This document shows positions 24,116 to 36,365 of a stretch of DNA of 64,000 nt, one piece after another; the stretch's first letter is position 1, and each line of letters starts with the position of its first letter. The stretch is from Mobula birostris (lineage: Eukaryota): assembly GCF_030028105.1 (NCBI RefSeq), contig NC_092384.1, positions 17,553,629 through 17,617,628 on the forward strand, read 5' to 3'. The translations under genes were made by a program, and so were the position numbers. The notes under the pieces were generated by a model, which was not told where the DNA came from, ran no database searches, and was given only the letters and a program-made list of their open reading frames with translations.

Positions 24116-24804
24116 TCACCTTTTAAAGATTTAAACAACTCAACTGGAATCCTGTCACATCTTGCAGTCTTCTTATTGGCAATGTTTTCTAATGCCCATT
24201 CGATTTCACATTGCAGAATATCTGGCTCTAGATCGATGAGCGATTCATTGCAGGCGTCTTCACTGAATGAAACCTTCCTTTGATTTCTCTAATCCTCTTG
24301 AATAAATCTCTTGATCCTCCATTTCTTTTGGCGGCTTCAGCTTCTTTGCATCACTCCTTAAAGTAAGTTTGCTTATTTTTCCTTGAACCTTCTTGAAAAT
24401 TGTGTTCGATTGAAGGCATTTGTCCCAATCTGTATTGGCCTTCACTTCTCTTCGCTACTCAGCTCCTTGTGGTGCTTCGGCAGAAAGCCATTTTGCTTTC
24501 ATGGTCTTCTTTTTGTTTGCAATTTTCTTTTGATCCACCTGTTCTATAATGCGCATTACTTCTATCCATAGTTCTTCTGGATTTCCCTCTGGTAGGGTTA
24601 ATCCATTGAATCTGCTCTTCATATTCTTGCGGGATGCTATCAACATCAAACCTTGCTGGTACATTGGTTTTCCTGAAGTCGTCAGTTTCATTCTGAATAT
24701 TGCAACAAGCAGCTTCGCCTCACTTCTACTGAATGTGTGTCTATCTCTGGCTTAAATATGCATAAGATGTCTTCCAGCTCTTCTGATTCACTACGTGGAT
24801 GACC

Positions 24805-25400
24805 ATGTTAATTTTCCAGAGGACCAATTTTGTCCCTTGCAGTCCTTCCCATCTTAACATATCTGTAGAATCCTTTAGGATTCTCCTTTACCTTGCATGC
24901 TATGTCAAACTCATGCCTTCCTTTATTCTTTTAGTCCTGGTTATTTCTTTCTTAAGTATTCTCTTGCATATTGTATACTCCATAAGCACCCTATTTTCCT
25001 GCATGCTCATACCTGCTATGCAGTTTTTCTTTCCATAACCAGGGTCTCAATAGCTCTTGAAAACGAAGGTTCGCGACATGTGTTATCTTTACCTTTTATT
25101 CGGACAGGCATATCCAAACTTTGTACTCTCAAAATTTCGCGTTTGTAGGCCTTGCTTTTCCCAAGTATATTTTGGCAATAATTTCCTGTCCTAATCCACA
25201 ATTGCCATATCCTTTCTGATACCATAAAAAAAAATCACCTGTCTGCAATTTAGAATATCAACCCACGGACTAGAGCTATCATTTTGCATATTTACTTTTA
25301 AACTAATGGAAATGTGATCACTACATACAATGTCTCCTCTGACGCAAACTTCCGTGAAATGCCCCTTCTCATTTCCTAATAGCAGGTCAAGTATCGTTGG
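24805..25400 (-). mobile_element. CR1 EN/linker fragment
   Basis: ILDLLLGNEKGHFTEVCV, EPSFSRAIE. Confidence 0.85.
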
Positions 25401-25949
25401 GACGTCTGAAAACGATGATGATAACGACATTTGTCTCTCTCGAATGTCAATGGATTTACGGCACTGGAGTGACATCTCGAGGACACGTCTGGGTGGAAGG
25501 TATGCAGATCTTCACATCGTCACGATCTTCCACTTGGTCTCACCGGGCTCACTGGGCTCACAGTTGTAGTACAAAGAAAATCGAAGGAATATGTTTAGCA
25601 CCAGCTTGGCTGCAAGAGATGCCAGAAGGATGCTTAGTGACGTCCAGCCCCCTTAGATGGTCCACTGTGGATTTTCTCCCTGTGTTTCATTCCGTAGGAT
25701 TTGTCCCCACCGTGGCTGCCCACAAGGCTGTGGATCTATTTTTCCCTATCTGGGGATCTGGTTCTCGAGCACCAGGACATGTCCACGCGCCGATTGGCCT
25801 GCGTGCAGGGCAAGACCTCCTCCCCATCCTCTGTAGATTAGCATGCGTCCGAAATGCTTTCGGTTTCCATTGTCATTAGCGAGGTGGCACCAAATGAGGC
25901 TTTCTGTAGAGAGGCTATGCTTTGGTAGTGGTAGACTTGCACATTCAGG

Positions 25950-28900
25950 TCCACTTAAGTAATAACATCACCCCTTCCCTTAATCCCACCCGCTCTGTCC
26001 CGTCTAAACAAAGGACCTCGGAATATTAAACCGTTGGTCCTGCAACTCTCGGCACAAAGTCGCGCCAGTGGCTACAATAGCACAATTCCGGGCGTTGGTC
26101 CATGCCCTGAGTTCACCGAACTTTCCCACTGTACTTCTTTTATTGACATATATGCTGATCAGTAGTTAGTCACGCCATGCTCAACCTTGTGGTTCCGGAC
26201 TTTATCTGAGGACTTAATGACATCTGCCTTCAGAACCTCTCCACGGACTGTTGCAACACAATCGTTCCTATCCCCCTAAATTCTTGCTGCAATCTCACCG
26301 CACAGCACGAGCAAACCTCCGCGCTGGGACATTATCGCCTTCCCTCCTACACGAGCTCCTCAGCCAGGTACTAAACTGCATAATCTTTCTAATCTGGCCT
26401 CAATACCACGTGACACAGGCAGCAATCCTGAGATTACAAACCCGGAGATCCAGCACTTTAATTTAGCTCCTGACTCTCTGAACCCACCTTGTGGAACGTT
26501 GTCACTCACCCTGCTTATGTCAGCGGTAGCTACATGAACGACACCTCTGGATGTTCACGCTCACATTTAAGAAAACAAAGGACTCAATCCGAAATGTCCT
26601 GGATCCTAGCACCCGGGAGGCAACATCATCGGAAATCTCGTTGTCGTCCACAGAAGCTCCTTTCTGTTCTCCTAAAGAACCAACCCATACACAGCTCGGC
26701 TCTTCCCCGCTTCCCTCCCCCTCATTCCTTCTGAGTCGCAGAACTTGGCTCAATGCCAAAGACCGGACTTGTGTGTGTCATGGTCCAGTCCGTGAAATCC
26801 GCATTCCGATTCACGGTCCGGTTCATCGATCCTTATTCCTGGTTTTCCTATTTCCCTTATTCCATTGGGTGCTTTAATTGAGGCACCTGATTCTCATTTT
26901 GGGCTGGCACATAATTACCTCTGCAAACCAAGGATTCCCGGCTGGACTGTTCCCTCCCCTTCCCCATCCAAATCCCCGACAGTTACCTCGGCAATTTACT
27001 TCGGCAGTTTACCTCGGCAATTTATTTTGGCAGTTTACCTCGGCGGTTAACCACGGCAGTTAACCACAGCAGTCACCTCGGCAAGTATCCTCAGCAGTCA
27101 TCCCGGCACTGGGTCCAAGAAAGGATCCTTGCCCTGCGTCGAGAAAGGGTCCCGGCCCTGCGCTCCAAGAAGGGGTCCCGGCTCCGTACCCAAGGGCCTA
27201 ACCAAATCGGGTCCAAGAACCGAGTCAGACCTAGTCCAAAAGCCTTGTCCTGTGCTGGAGTTCCTCTTCCTGTTCTGGACTTCCCTCGTTCTGTCCAAGA
27301 GACTCTCGTCCAGTTTGGTAGTCCCTAGTCCAAGCCAGGTCCAAGAACCTCGTCTAGCCCAAGCCACGTCCTTGTACCTCGTCTTGTCCAAGCCACGTCC
27401 AAGTACCTCGTCTAGTCCAAGCCTAGTCCAAGAACCTCGTCCTGTCCAAGTCCCGGCTTTGTGTTCTCGTCCTATCAATGTGCCTAGTCCTGTGCAGGAG
27501 TTCCACGTCCAGTTCTGTAGCCACGTCTTGTCCTCGCCTAGATCCGGGGTCCGAGCCCGGATCAAGACCCAGGTTTCGAGTCCCTGTCCAGTCTCTGGCT
27601 CAGAGTCCTAGCCCAGGCTCCTAGTTCCAAGTTCCTTGTCCTGGTCCCACTTTCCTAGTCTTAGTCTTAGCCCAGGCCCGCTGTCCTTGTCTCGTCCAGA
27701 GCCAGTGCCCATATCGAGCGTCGTTTCCTCCTGACTCCCTTTGCTTTCCTGATAAACCTTGTCCTGTTCCTAGTACTTCAGTGTCTGCGTCTTCCATCTG
27801 GGTCCGTTCCCAACGCCCCCTTATGACAGAACAGCCCAGTCATACATCGACCCAGCAACACAGACACTGTCGTTTAACTCTCGCCACCCTGGGTTCCCTC
27901 CTGTTGAATAGCCCGCAACGTGCCCGAGTCATCCTTAGACCTGGAGAGCCTGTTCGGTCGCCAGGAGGTTCCCGTATAGGGGGTGGGGGGTTACTATGAT
28001 GGTCCGGTCCGTGAAATCCGCTTTCCGATTCACGATCCGGTAAATCGATCCTTATTCCTGGTTTTCCTGATTTCCCTTGTTCCATTGGCTGCCTTAATTG
28101 AGGCACCTGATTCTCGTTTTGGGCTGGCACATAAATACTTCTGCAAACCAAGGATTTCCGGCTGGACGGTTCCCTTCCTCTCCCCATTCGAATTCCAGAC
28201 AGTTAGCTCGGCAGTTAACCTCTGCAGTTTTTTGGCAAGTATCCTCAGCAGTCATCCAGGCCCTGCGTCCAGGCAAGGGTCCAGGCCCTGCGTCCTAGAG
28301 AGGGTCCCGGCCCTGTTAAAGCATTCCGGCCCTGCGTCCTAGGAGTCCTGGCCGTGCGTCCTAGGAGAGTCCCGGCTCTGCGCTCCAAGAAGGACTCCCA
28401 GTTCCGTACCCAAGGTCCTAACCAAGCCGAGTCCAAGAACCGAGCAAACCTAGTCCAAGAGCCACGTACTATGCTGGAGTTCCTCTTCCTGTGTTGGAGT
28501 GCCTCGTCCTGGGCTGGAGATCCTCGTCCTGCGCTGGTGTTCGTGGTCCTGCGCTGGAGGTCCTCGCTCTGCGCTGGAGTTCCTCGCCTAGCCCAGGAAT
28601 ACGTCGCCTAGCCCAGGAGTACGTCGCCCAGCCCAGGAGTACCTCGCCCAGCCCGGTGCTGGAGATTCCTCGTCCTGTGCTGGAGTTCCCTTGTCCTGTG
28701 CTGGAGTTCCCTTGTCCTGCGGTGGAGTTCCCTTGTCCTGTCCAAGAGTCTGTCATCCAGTCCAGCAGTCTCACGTCCAGTCCAGGAGTCCCTAGTACAA
28801 ACCATGTGCAAGAACCTCGTCTAGTCCAAGCTACGTCCAAGAACCTCGTTAGTCTAAGCCTAGTCCAAGAACCTCGTCCTGTCCAAGTCAAGGCTTTGTG

Positions 28901-29410
28901 TACTCGTCCTGTCCACGTGCCTTGTTCCACAGGAGTTCCACGTTCAGTCCTGTAACCCAGCCAAGTCCAGTCCTGTAGCCACGTCTTGTCCTCGCCTAAA
29001 TCCGGGGTCCGAGCCCGAGTCAAGACCCAGGTTCTGTGTCCCTGTCCAGTCTCTGGCTCGGAGTCCAAGCCCAGGCTCCTAGTTCCAAGTTTTATATCCT
29101 GTTCCCGCTTTCCCAGTCTTAGTCTTAGCCCAGGGCTGGTGTGCCTGTCTCGTCCAGGGCCTGTGTCCCTGCACAGCGTCGTTTCTTCCTGACTCCCCTT
29201 GCTTTCTTGCTGAACCTTGTCCTGTTCCTAGTACAGTGTCTGTGTCTTGCATTTCGGTCTGCCATCAATGCCCCCCGTATAAAACTGTGACTTTCCCCTG
29301 ATAGGTCACTCTCTCCAACAGTATCCAAAGTAGTATCCCTGCTTTTGAGGAGGATAGCCACAGGGTACTCTGCGCTGGCTGTTTAGATCCTTCCCCTTTC
29401 CGACTGTCAT
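25950..29410 (-). mobile_element. CR1 ORF1 (esterase) region interrupted by an LTR element
   Basis: caccatccggagatcc and gggaggcaacatcatc-type ORF1 sequence before 26776; continues after 29284 (ccaacagtatccaaagtagtatc). Confidence 0.75.
26776..29284 (+). mobile_element. Internally deleted Gypsy-type LTR retrotransposon: LTR 26776-27828, about 165-bp internal part, LTR 27995-29284
   Basis: TGTCA...TGACA 5' LTR; polypurine tract agggggtgggggg before the 3' LTR; flanks gtgtg/ctgtg; LTRs carry variable internal tandem repeats. Confidence 0.85.
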
Positions 29411-29754
29411 CCAAATATAAATTGCAAATGAACATTCTGCAAGAACAATGATATTACCTGATTCGTGCTTTCAATAAGAAACAGGTAATGAAAGACGCAC
29501 CTTCAGCAGTACACAGATATACGTGACTTGCAGAACCACAAGGCTGACCAGTGGCACAAGAAACGAATGGCAAGTCCATTAACCATATTCAGAAAAGGCT
29601 GAAATACAAACCCGATGGATATCCTGTTCAGAATTCACAACTGAAAAAATGGAAGGAAATAAGAGACATAGCATAACAATCAAAGCGCAGTTAACGTAGA
29701 TTAATGACCTTTTTTGTGTAATTAATTGAAATTCTCGTTTTTACGCAACAATGA

Positions 29755-30545
29755 ACATTGTTAAAGGTTCGGAGGTAAAATTTAATGTCGGAGAAATGTA
29801 TACTATATACATCCTGAAATGCTTTTTCTTCGCAACCAACTACGAAAACAGAGTGCCCCAAAAATGAACGACAGTTAAACGTTAAAACCCCGAAGTCTCC
29901 TCCCCCCAGCTCCCCTCCCTCCCGCCCGTAAGCGGCAGTGATCAATCCCCCTCTCCCCACCGGCAAGCGTGATCAAAGCAGTAGCAAAGACACAGACTTG
30001 CAGTTACCCCAAAGACTACAATTTTCACCCGATAATTCGACATGCTGCAGGCTCTCTCTCTCCTAATAAGCGAGAAATAGGTGACTACATTTTCCAAAGA
30101 GCGGGGGGACTTAACAAACAAATCACTAGTTTACGATGTCAGAAATCCGTTACGTCGCTTTTTTGAGCTTTGTGCTTGAAGATCGCCAAGATCCCGGGTC
30201 TCCAGACCCACAACAGATGTTCCGACTCCCTCAACGACACACGGGTCTCTTGTGGCGACACCGATCCTTGATGCGCCCGTCTCCAGCTCCTGGAGATCCC
30301 ATGCTTCTCAATCTGTGCCGAAAGCTTCGGCCGAGACTTTGGCATGCCGAAAAGCGGCCGATTATGGAACCCCGAGAGTCCCATCCCGGAAAGAACCGTA
30401 GTCAGCGTGTAACTCCAGGTCAGGGTCTTCAAAAGAACACTGAAAGGGAAAAATAGAGATACTAACGATGGAAAAGAACTGTTTTCGAAGATGCAAGCAA
30501 AAGAGTCGCTGTTGGACACCATAACTACTTAGTTCCGCCTCCTTC
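29755..30545 (-). mobile_element. Non-autonomous retroposon of about 790 bp
   Basis: 3' part matches 16330-16680 and 53605-53790; no protein motif. Confidence 0.6.
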
Positions 30546-31380
30546 TTACAGATAACACGATCTAAACGAGTCTTTTAAATATATAAACGTAAAGCTTTAG
30601 AGTAAAATATACTGTGTTTGCATAGAATTACTAAACAAACCCCGTTGTTCCTCGGAATATTTACAAACATCTTTGAAAATATCAAATAATAATTGAAATA
30701 AAAGGAAACTACTCAACGAATTCGGTGAGCCAGGTTGTGCGGGTGAAGGGAAGCCGATATTTAATGTTTTGAGCTGGAGACTCGTGAGTTAGTGTATAGA
30801 GGGAATATACGCAATATATTAATGTGAAAAGGAGGTGTGTGACCGGTGATAGTTGGAACCAAGCTCCTTACGTGGAATGGTGGAGTGTTTGCAAGCGTAG
30901 CGAGAGAAGCTTGATTCAATTTGCTCATTGCCGATTCCCGCAAAGACATATAACAACGGTCGAGTCAAACATGTTTTATTAAGATTGATTAAAGAATATA
31001 TATTGGGCAGTTAATGGGAGATAACGTTATCATCCAGGAAAACGATACCATGGGATAAATGCTGCTCAGTTGGCAGTACAAAGCGGCCTTTATTTAAGAT
31101 GTTTAGTGAAACGCATTTTGCGTGTAATGCACCCTCAGAGATTATCCGAAGGATTTTTAGCCGAGATTTCGTCCTCTAATTCTGAAATGAACTAAAGTGA
31201 GAAGCCAAGAATCAAAATCACGTCTGGTGTTCAGAGAATGCGATATCGTTTATCGTTTATTGGATTATTTATTAGTACAGGAGTTTTTCTCATTTGATTG
31301 TAACAAATCGAAGCTTTAGAATTGGAGGCGGTGTGGGGGGCGGTGTGGAGGTATCGTCGTAGCAGCGTAGCAATCCGAGA

Positions 31381-31396
31381 TGGCGCCCTCTCCAGG
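31381..31396 (-). promoter_or_regulatory. CTCF-like motif CCTGGAGAGGGCGCCA
   Basis: Resembles the CCASYAGRKGGCRS consensus; in non-TE, locally CpG-rich sequence. Confidence 0.35.
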
Positions 31397-32156
31397 CCGT
31401 CGCAGTGACAGAATGCACTTGATTAGGATGATTTAGAGGAATTTACAAGTTTACAGATATTTAAAATCCCTGAACCCGTTATCGTTTATGTTTACTTTCT
31501 GTTTGTATTTATTTACTTTCTTCGCCTCACTGTACTGATTTTTTTTCCAAGTAAATGTAGTACACACGTCCTTTTGCATCAGTATTAGAGAACACTTTTT
31601 TTTTACACAGGGCATTCACCAATGCGAGCAAATAATGATACCGGCTTGAAACGACGTTGAGCTGAGCTGAAACCAAATACATTCTGAAAAGCACTTTAGA
31701 AAATATCACCAGCACTTCGCACGCTTGAGAAATTGTTCTACGCTTGTGGCTTTGCCCTTCTGAGAAATGAAAAACAGCTATTTGTGTTTTTAATGAGTAG
31801 ATGAAAAACTGAATAAGATAGACAACAGTACAAAGATGCTGTCAACTCAAAACATGATACAACCGTGCATTTTTACTTGAAAGTAAATACCAAAACAATA
31901 TTTAAAAGTGCAGAAAATCGACGAGATTTGAGATGTGAAGTGACGTAGGAGAAGGAAGTGAATAAATGATTCTCAAAGGGAAATCTATCCCAGCCAACGT
32001 ATTCCGCTGAACAGGTCGAAGCGGTCCACTCTTGCTTCCAAGCTTGTACGTTTCTATTATTTTCGCAAATTTATCTGTATTACCGAAACTCCTTCAGAGA
32101 ATAGATTGTTGTTTGCACAATGAGACAGAGGATTTACTTCACTGTTGGAGTTCTCT

Positions 32157-32330
32157 GTACCTTCTCTCCACCTTCTTGAGTCCCGCACCTTATCCACCAA
32201 CCACGCTGACCTGATGAGCAACAATAATATATTGTTATACCAGGATGCTCACCCTGTTGTGTCACACATACATCTACCAGAACCAGAATTAAGCCGTCAA
32301 TAAACTGACTATTGCCAAACAAATGCTGGG
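32157..32330 (-). pseudogene. Possible degenerate V-exon 3' half
   Basis: GLILVLVDVCVTQQGEHPGITIYYCC followed by G-x-G-like sequence and a donor ag|gtacag; motif-level only. Confidence 0.3.
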
Positions 32331-32879
32331 CATATTTCAGACTTATTTTGATCCATTCGATAATTGGGCAGTTATTAGTCGCTGAGGAGCTCTGTCAAAA
32401 GCATCATATTCTTCGAGAGTACACATGTAGACACTTGATTCCTATTTAAATCAACTTTCCAACGTCCACGTTTCTCAGTCAAATGTTATGATTAGACTAA
32501 ACTTGATTTCCATCAATGTGACCATGTGGGTATTTTCTCTGCTTCAATGTGGGCTGGAATAGGCACACAGTTTGCGATGCATTTATTTTGCCTTTTGGGT
32601 GTCCTGGAATTTCTGTTATTACCATGTGATAGTGCTGTTGTATTTTACAGCTAATTTTGAGCAGCAAGCCGTGAATGTATATGAAACAAAAGAGTACTGA
32701 GTTTTCTTTTTAATCATACATTTATGATTAAAATTAAGGCACTTATGTGTTATGGCGAGAATACAGATTTTTTTTTCACATCATCAAATTGATATTTCCC
32801 TTGGTTGAAAGTTGATATCAGTGAGCAAGAATAACTGTTCAGTTGGCGTTTTTCACCCTGCAAAGTTTCTCGCGCTGGT

Positions 32880-34740
32880 GGTGACTATAAAAGCTTTTAT
32901 AGATATGTGAAAAGAAGAAGATTGGTTAAGACAAAGGTAGGTCCCCTACAGACAGAAACAGGTGAATTGATTATGGGGAGCAAGGACATGGCAGACCAAT
33001 TGGCTAACTACTTTGGTTCTGTATTCACTAAGGAGGACATAAATAATCTTCTGGAAATAGTAGGGCTCAGAGGGTCCAGTGAGATGGAGAAACTGAGGGA
33101 AATACATTTTAGTAGGGAAGTGGTGTTAGGTAAATTGAAGGGATTAAAGGCAGATAAATCCCCAGGGCCAGATAGTCTGCATCCCAGAGTGCTTAAAGAA
33201 GTAACCCAAGAAATAGTGGATGCATTACTGATAATTTTTCAAAACTCTTTAGATTCTGGACTAATTCCTGTGGATTGGAGGTGGCTAATGTAACCCCACG
33301 TTTTTTTAAAAAAAGGAGGGAGAGAGAAACTGGGGAACTATAGACCGGTTAGCATAACATCTGTGGTGGGGAAAATGCTAGAGTCAGTTATCAAAGATGT
33401 GATAACAGCACATTTGGAAAGCGGTGAAATCATCGGACATAGTCAGCATGGATTTGTGAAAGGAAAATCATGTCTGACGAATCTCATAGAATTTTTTGAG
33501 GATGTAACTAGTAGAGTGGATAAGGGAGAATCAGTGGATGTGGTATATTTGGATTTTCAAAAGGCTTTTGACAAGGTCCCACACAGGAGATTAGTGTGCC
33601 AACTTAAAGCACACGGTATTGGGAGTAAGGTATTGATGTGGATAGAGAATTGGTTGGCAGACAGGAAGCAAAGAGTTGGAATAAACGGGACCTTTTCAGA
33701 ATTGCAGGCAGTGACTATTGGGGCCACAAGGTTCAGTGCTGGGACCCCAGTTGTTTACAATATATATTAATGACTTAGATGACAGAATTAAATGCAGCAT
33801 CTCCAAGTTTGCGGATGACACGAAGCTGGGCGGCAGTGTTAGCTGTGAGGAGGATGATAAGAGGATGCAGGGTGACTTCGATAGGTTAAGTGAGTGGGCA
33901 AATTCATGGCAGATGCAATTTAATGTGGATAAATGTGAGGTTATCCACTTTGGTGGCAAAAATAGGAAAACAGGTTATTATTTGAATAGAGACCGATTAG
34001 GAAAAGGGGAGGTGCAACGAGACCTGGGTGTCATTATACACCAGTCATTGAAAGTGGGCATGCAGGTACAGCAGGCGGTGAAAAAGCCGAATGGTATGCT
34101 GGCATTTATAGCAAGAAGATTCGAGTACAGGAGCAATGAGTTACTACTGCAGTTGTACAAGGCCTTGGTGAGACCACACCTGGAGTATTGTGTGCAGTTT
34201 TGGTCCCCTAATCTGAGGAAAAACATCATTTGCATAGAGGGAGTACAAAGAACGTTCACCAGATTGATTCCTGGGATGGCAGGACTTTCATATGAGGAAT
34301 GACTGGATCGACTAGGCTTATAGTCGTTGGAATTTAGAAGATTGAGGGGAGACCTTATTGAAACGTATAAAATCCTAAAGGGATCGGACAGGCTAGACGC
34401 AGGAAGATTGTTCCCGATGTTGGGGAAGTCCAGAACGAGGGGTCACAGTTTGAGGATAAAGGGGATGCCTTTTAGGACCAAGATGAGGAAAAACTCTTCA
34501 CACAGAGAGTGGTGAATGTGTGGAATTCTCTGCCACAGGAAACAGTTAAGGCCAGTTCATTGGCTATATTTAAGAGGGAGTTAGATATTGCCCTTGTGGC
34601 TAAAGGGATCAGGGGGCATGGAGGGAAGGCTGGTACAGGGTTCTGAGTTGGATGATCAGCCATGATCGTACTGAATGGCAGTGCAGGCTCGAAGAGCCGA
34701 ATGGCCTACTCCTGCACCTATTTACTATGTTTCTATGAAT
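32880..34740 (+). mobile_element. 5'-truncated CR1 LINE (RT, 3' UTR, ctatg tail)
   Basis: DKSPGPDSLHPRVLKE, QHGFVKGKSCLTNL, YLDFQKAFDKV, PQGSVLGP, KFADDTKLGG. Confidence 0.97.
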
Positions 34741-34961
34741 CTCTGATTTATTTTTTCATCCTCTGAGGACTGTGGATGGAATATCTTGGGGCGCGGGGTG
34801 CCTAAGGAAAAGTAGGTTTATATCATGGAATGGCTGGGGTCTGTTTAATGATACAGCAGAGGAGATTATGGTTGAGCATATCAGATATTATCCTCTTGAA
34901 TGACCGGGCAGTGGAGAGAGGCGAAATGGTATATTCTCAAACTTATTCTCAAGTTCCTTAC

Positions 34962-34967
34962 TTTATT
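34962..34967 (-). terminator. Candidate poly(A) signal for gene 2
   Basis: AATAAA on the minus strand about 175 nt after the stop at 35142. Confidence 0.35.
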
Positions 34968-35141
34968 TTTTCTAGTGATAATCGCCTCCAATAAATAAAA
35001 GGCGTAATTGATCCCTTATCTTCCTAACTTATACATGTGATATCGATGAACAATCTTTGTCTGGATGCAAGAAATGAAACGAAGCAATACCTCGCGCCTG
35101 CACTCATTGATAGTCTACAGCTCTAAACTGCAGTTAGATTC

Positions 35142-35299
35142 TCAGCTTCGCTGTTTCTTTGATGTATTTACATCTGCGTACAATGAATTTTGGTTTTGAT
35201 GTTTGGATGCTGAGTTGTTCTTGGAATCGGGAAGCTTCAGAGCAGCGTAAGTCAGTTTGTCATCTCTATTTGATTTAGTCTGTGAAAATATTTCATAAT
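35142..35299 (-). CDS. Gene 2 terminal exon: (D)YEIFSQTKSNRDDKLTYAALKLPDSKNNSASKHQNQNSLYADVNTSKKQRS*, two ITIM-consensus motifs
   Basis: LTYAAL and SLYADV fit (S/I/V/L)xYxx(I/V/L); acceptor gattaactgcag gives phase 1, in frame with the TM-like exon. Confidence 0.75.
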
Positions 35300-35736
35300 C
35301 TGCAGTTAATCGAGAATCCATTGAGTTGAACAAACTGCAAAATAATTAGTGATGCATTCATAAGTTATCAATTTTATGTTTCTACCGTTTTACACAAAAT
35401 TTATGTCAATTTTTTTTCAAAATTTCTCGTCTTAATTGATATGGTGTTTCAAGTCCAAGAGTCAGTGTTCTCCTACTGAACAATGAGCCGTTCTTTCCTT
35501 ACTTGAAATGAAGTGTAACAAAATCGTTTTGGTTTCTGTTCTTAACAACGTCACATTGTCCCCTCCACTCTGACTTCTAAGCACTTCCATCTTATTGAGC
35601 GCAAAAGATTCTGAACATGCTGAAATCCAGAGAAACACAGAAAATCCTGGAAGAACTCTGCCAATCAGGTAGATCTAAAGTGTCGACGTTTAAAGCCGAG
35701 ATCCAACATGATGACTTCATAAAAGCACCATCTTAC

Positions 35737-35853
35737 CTTGCTCCTGGAAGTAGCTGAAACTCGCAGGCACCGTGAGGGAGACATGTGATACCAGAAAGGT
35801 GTAAATATATTTTCGCCAAGTAGACTGCATGATTTCCAATGAACTAAAGGCTT
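35737..35853 (-). CDS. Gene 2 stalk/TM-like exon (E)AFSSLEIMQSTWRKYIYTFLVSHVSLTVPASFSYFQEQ
   Basis: Acceptor gtattttaag, strong donor G|gtaaga, 117 nt phase 1-1 as in gene 1. Confidence 0.6.
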
Positions 35854-36191
35854 CTTAAAATACATCAACGCTCCGGTTTGTCACACTTTCTATTTCAGCG
35901 CGAACTTGCTTGTTATTTCTTTGCCAAACGATTTCTAATTTCTCCGGGTAGAAGGCAACCATTTTACAAAGGAACTTTCGAGGAGACGAAAACCCTCCAA
36001 CAGGAACAATGAGCTTGAGTAAAAACAAAGTTATACTAGGTGTTCACGATTCATTTCATTGCGGATAGATTCCTTTCTCTCCGCGCCAACTAACATGACA
36101 CTCAACTATCAATTTAGTTACCCGCCAGTATTAATCAGTATTTAATAAAGTCGTTCAATTTCACGTTTGCTTTATTGTTCCTCAAGCATAC

Positions 36192-36365
36192 CCACACACC
36201 GCTAAGCGAAACATTGTTCTTCTGGGACGAAGATGCAAAGGCAGTAGATATAGTCACACACAGCACATATAGTTACCATCCAGCGCAGGCCGTCACAAAA
36301 TAAGCAGAGCAAATACTTGGGAGACAGAATAAAGGAAGAGTTCAGAGAATATACCTCGACGGCGA
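36192..36365 (-). pseudogene. Possible decayed V exon of gene 2
   Basis: RGIFS...ALLIL*RPALDGNYMCCV*...TMFRLAVC then phase-1 donor G|gtatgc, about 340 nt upstream of the TM exon; two stops. Confidence 0.35.

Larger units (their letters stand above)
21860..24800 (-). mobile_element. RTE-clade LINE, BovB-like, decayed, with two nested insertions
   Basis: NPEELWIEV...KAKWLSAEA, MQARLQQYMERELPDLKAGFRRG, STKIRMVKPMVFPVVLNGCESWTI; 3' end gactcgacttaacgactgaacaacaac. Confidence 0.88.

Noticed and set aside
27098-29068. Long repetitive ORFs (155-199 aa) on both strands
   Set aside because: They arise from tandem repeats inside LTRs and have no protein motifs
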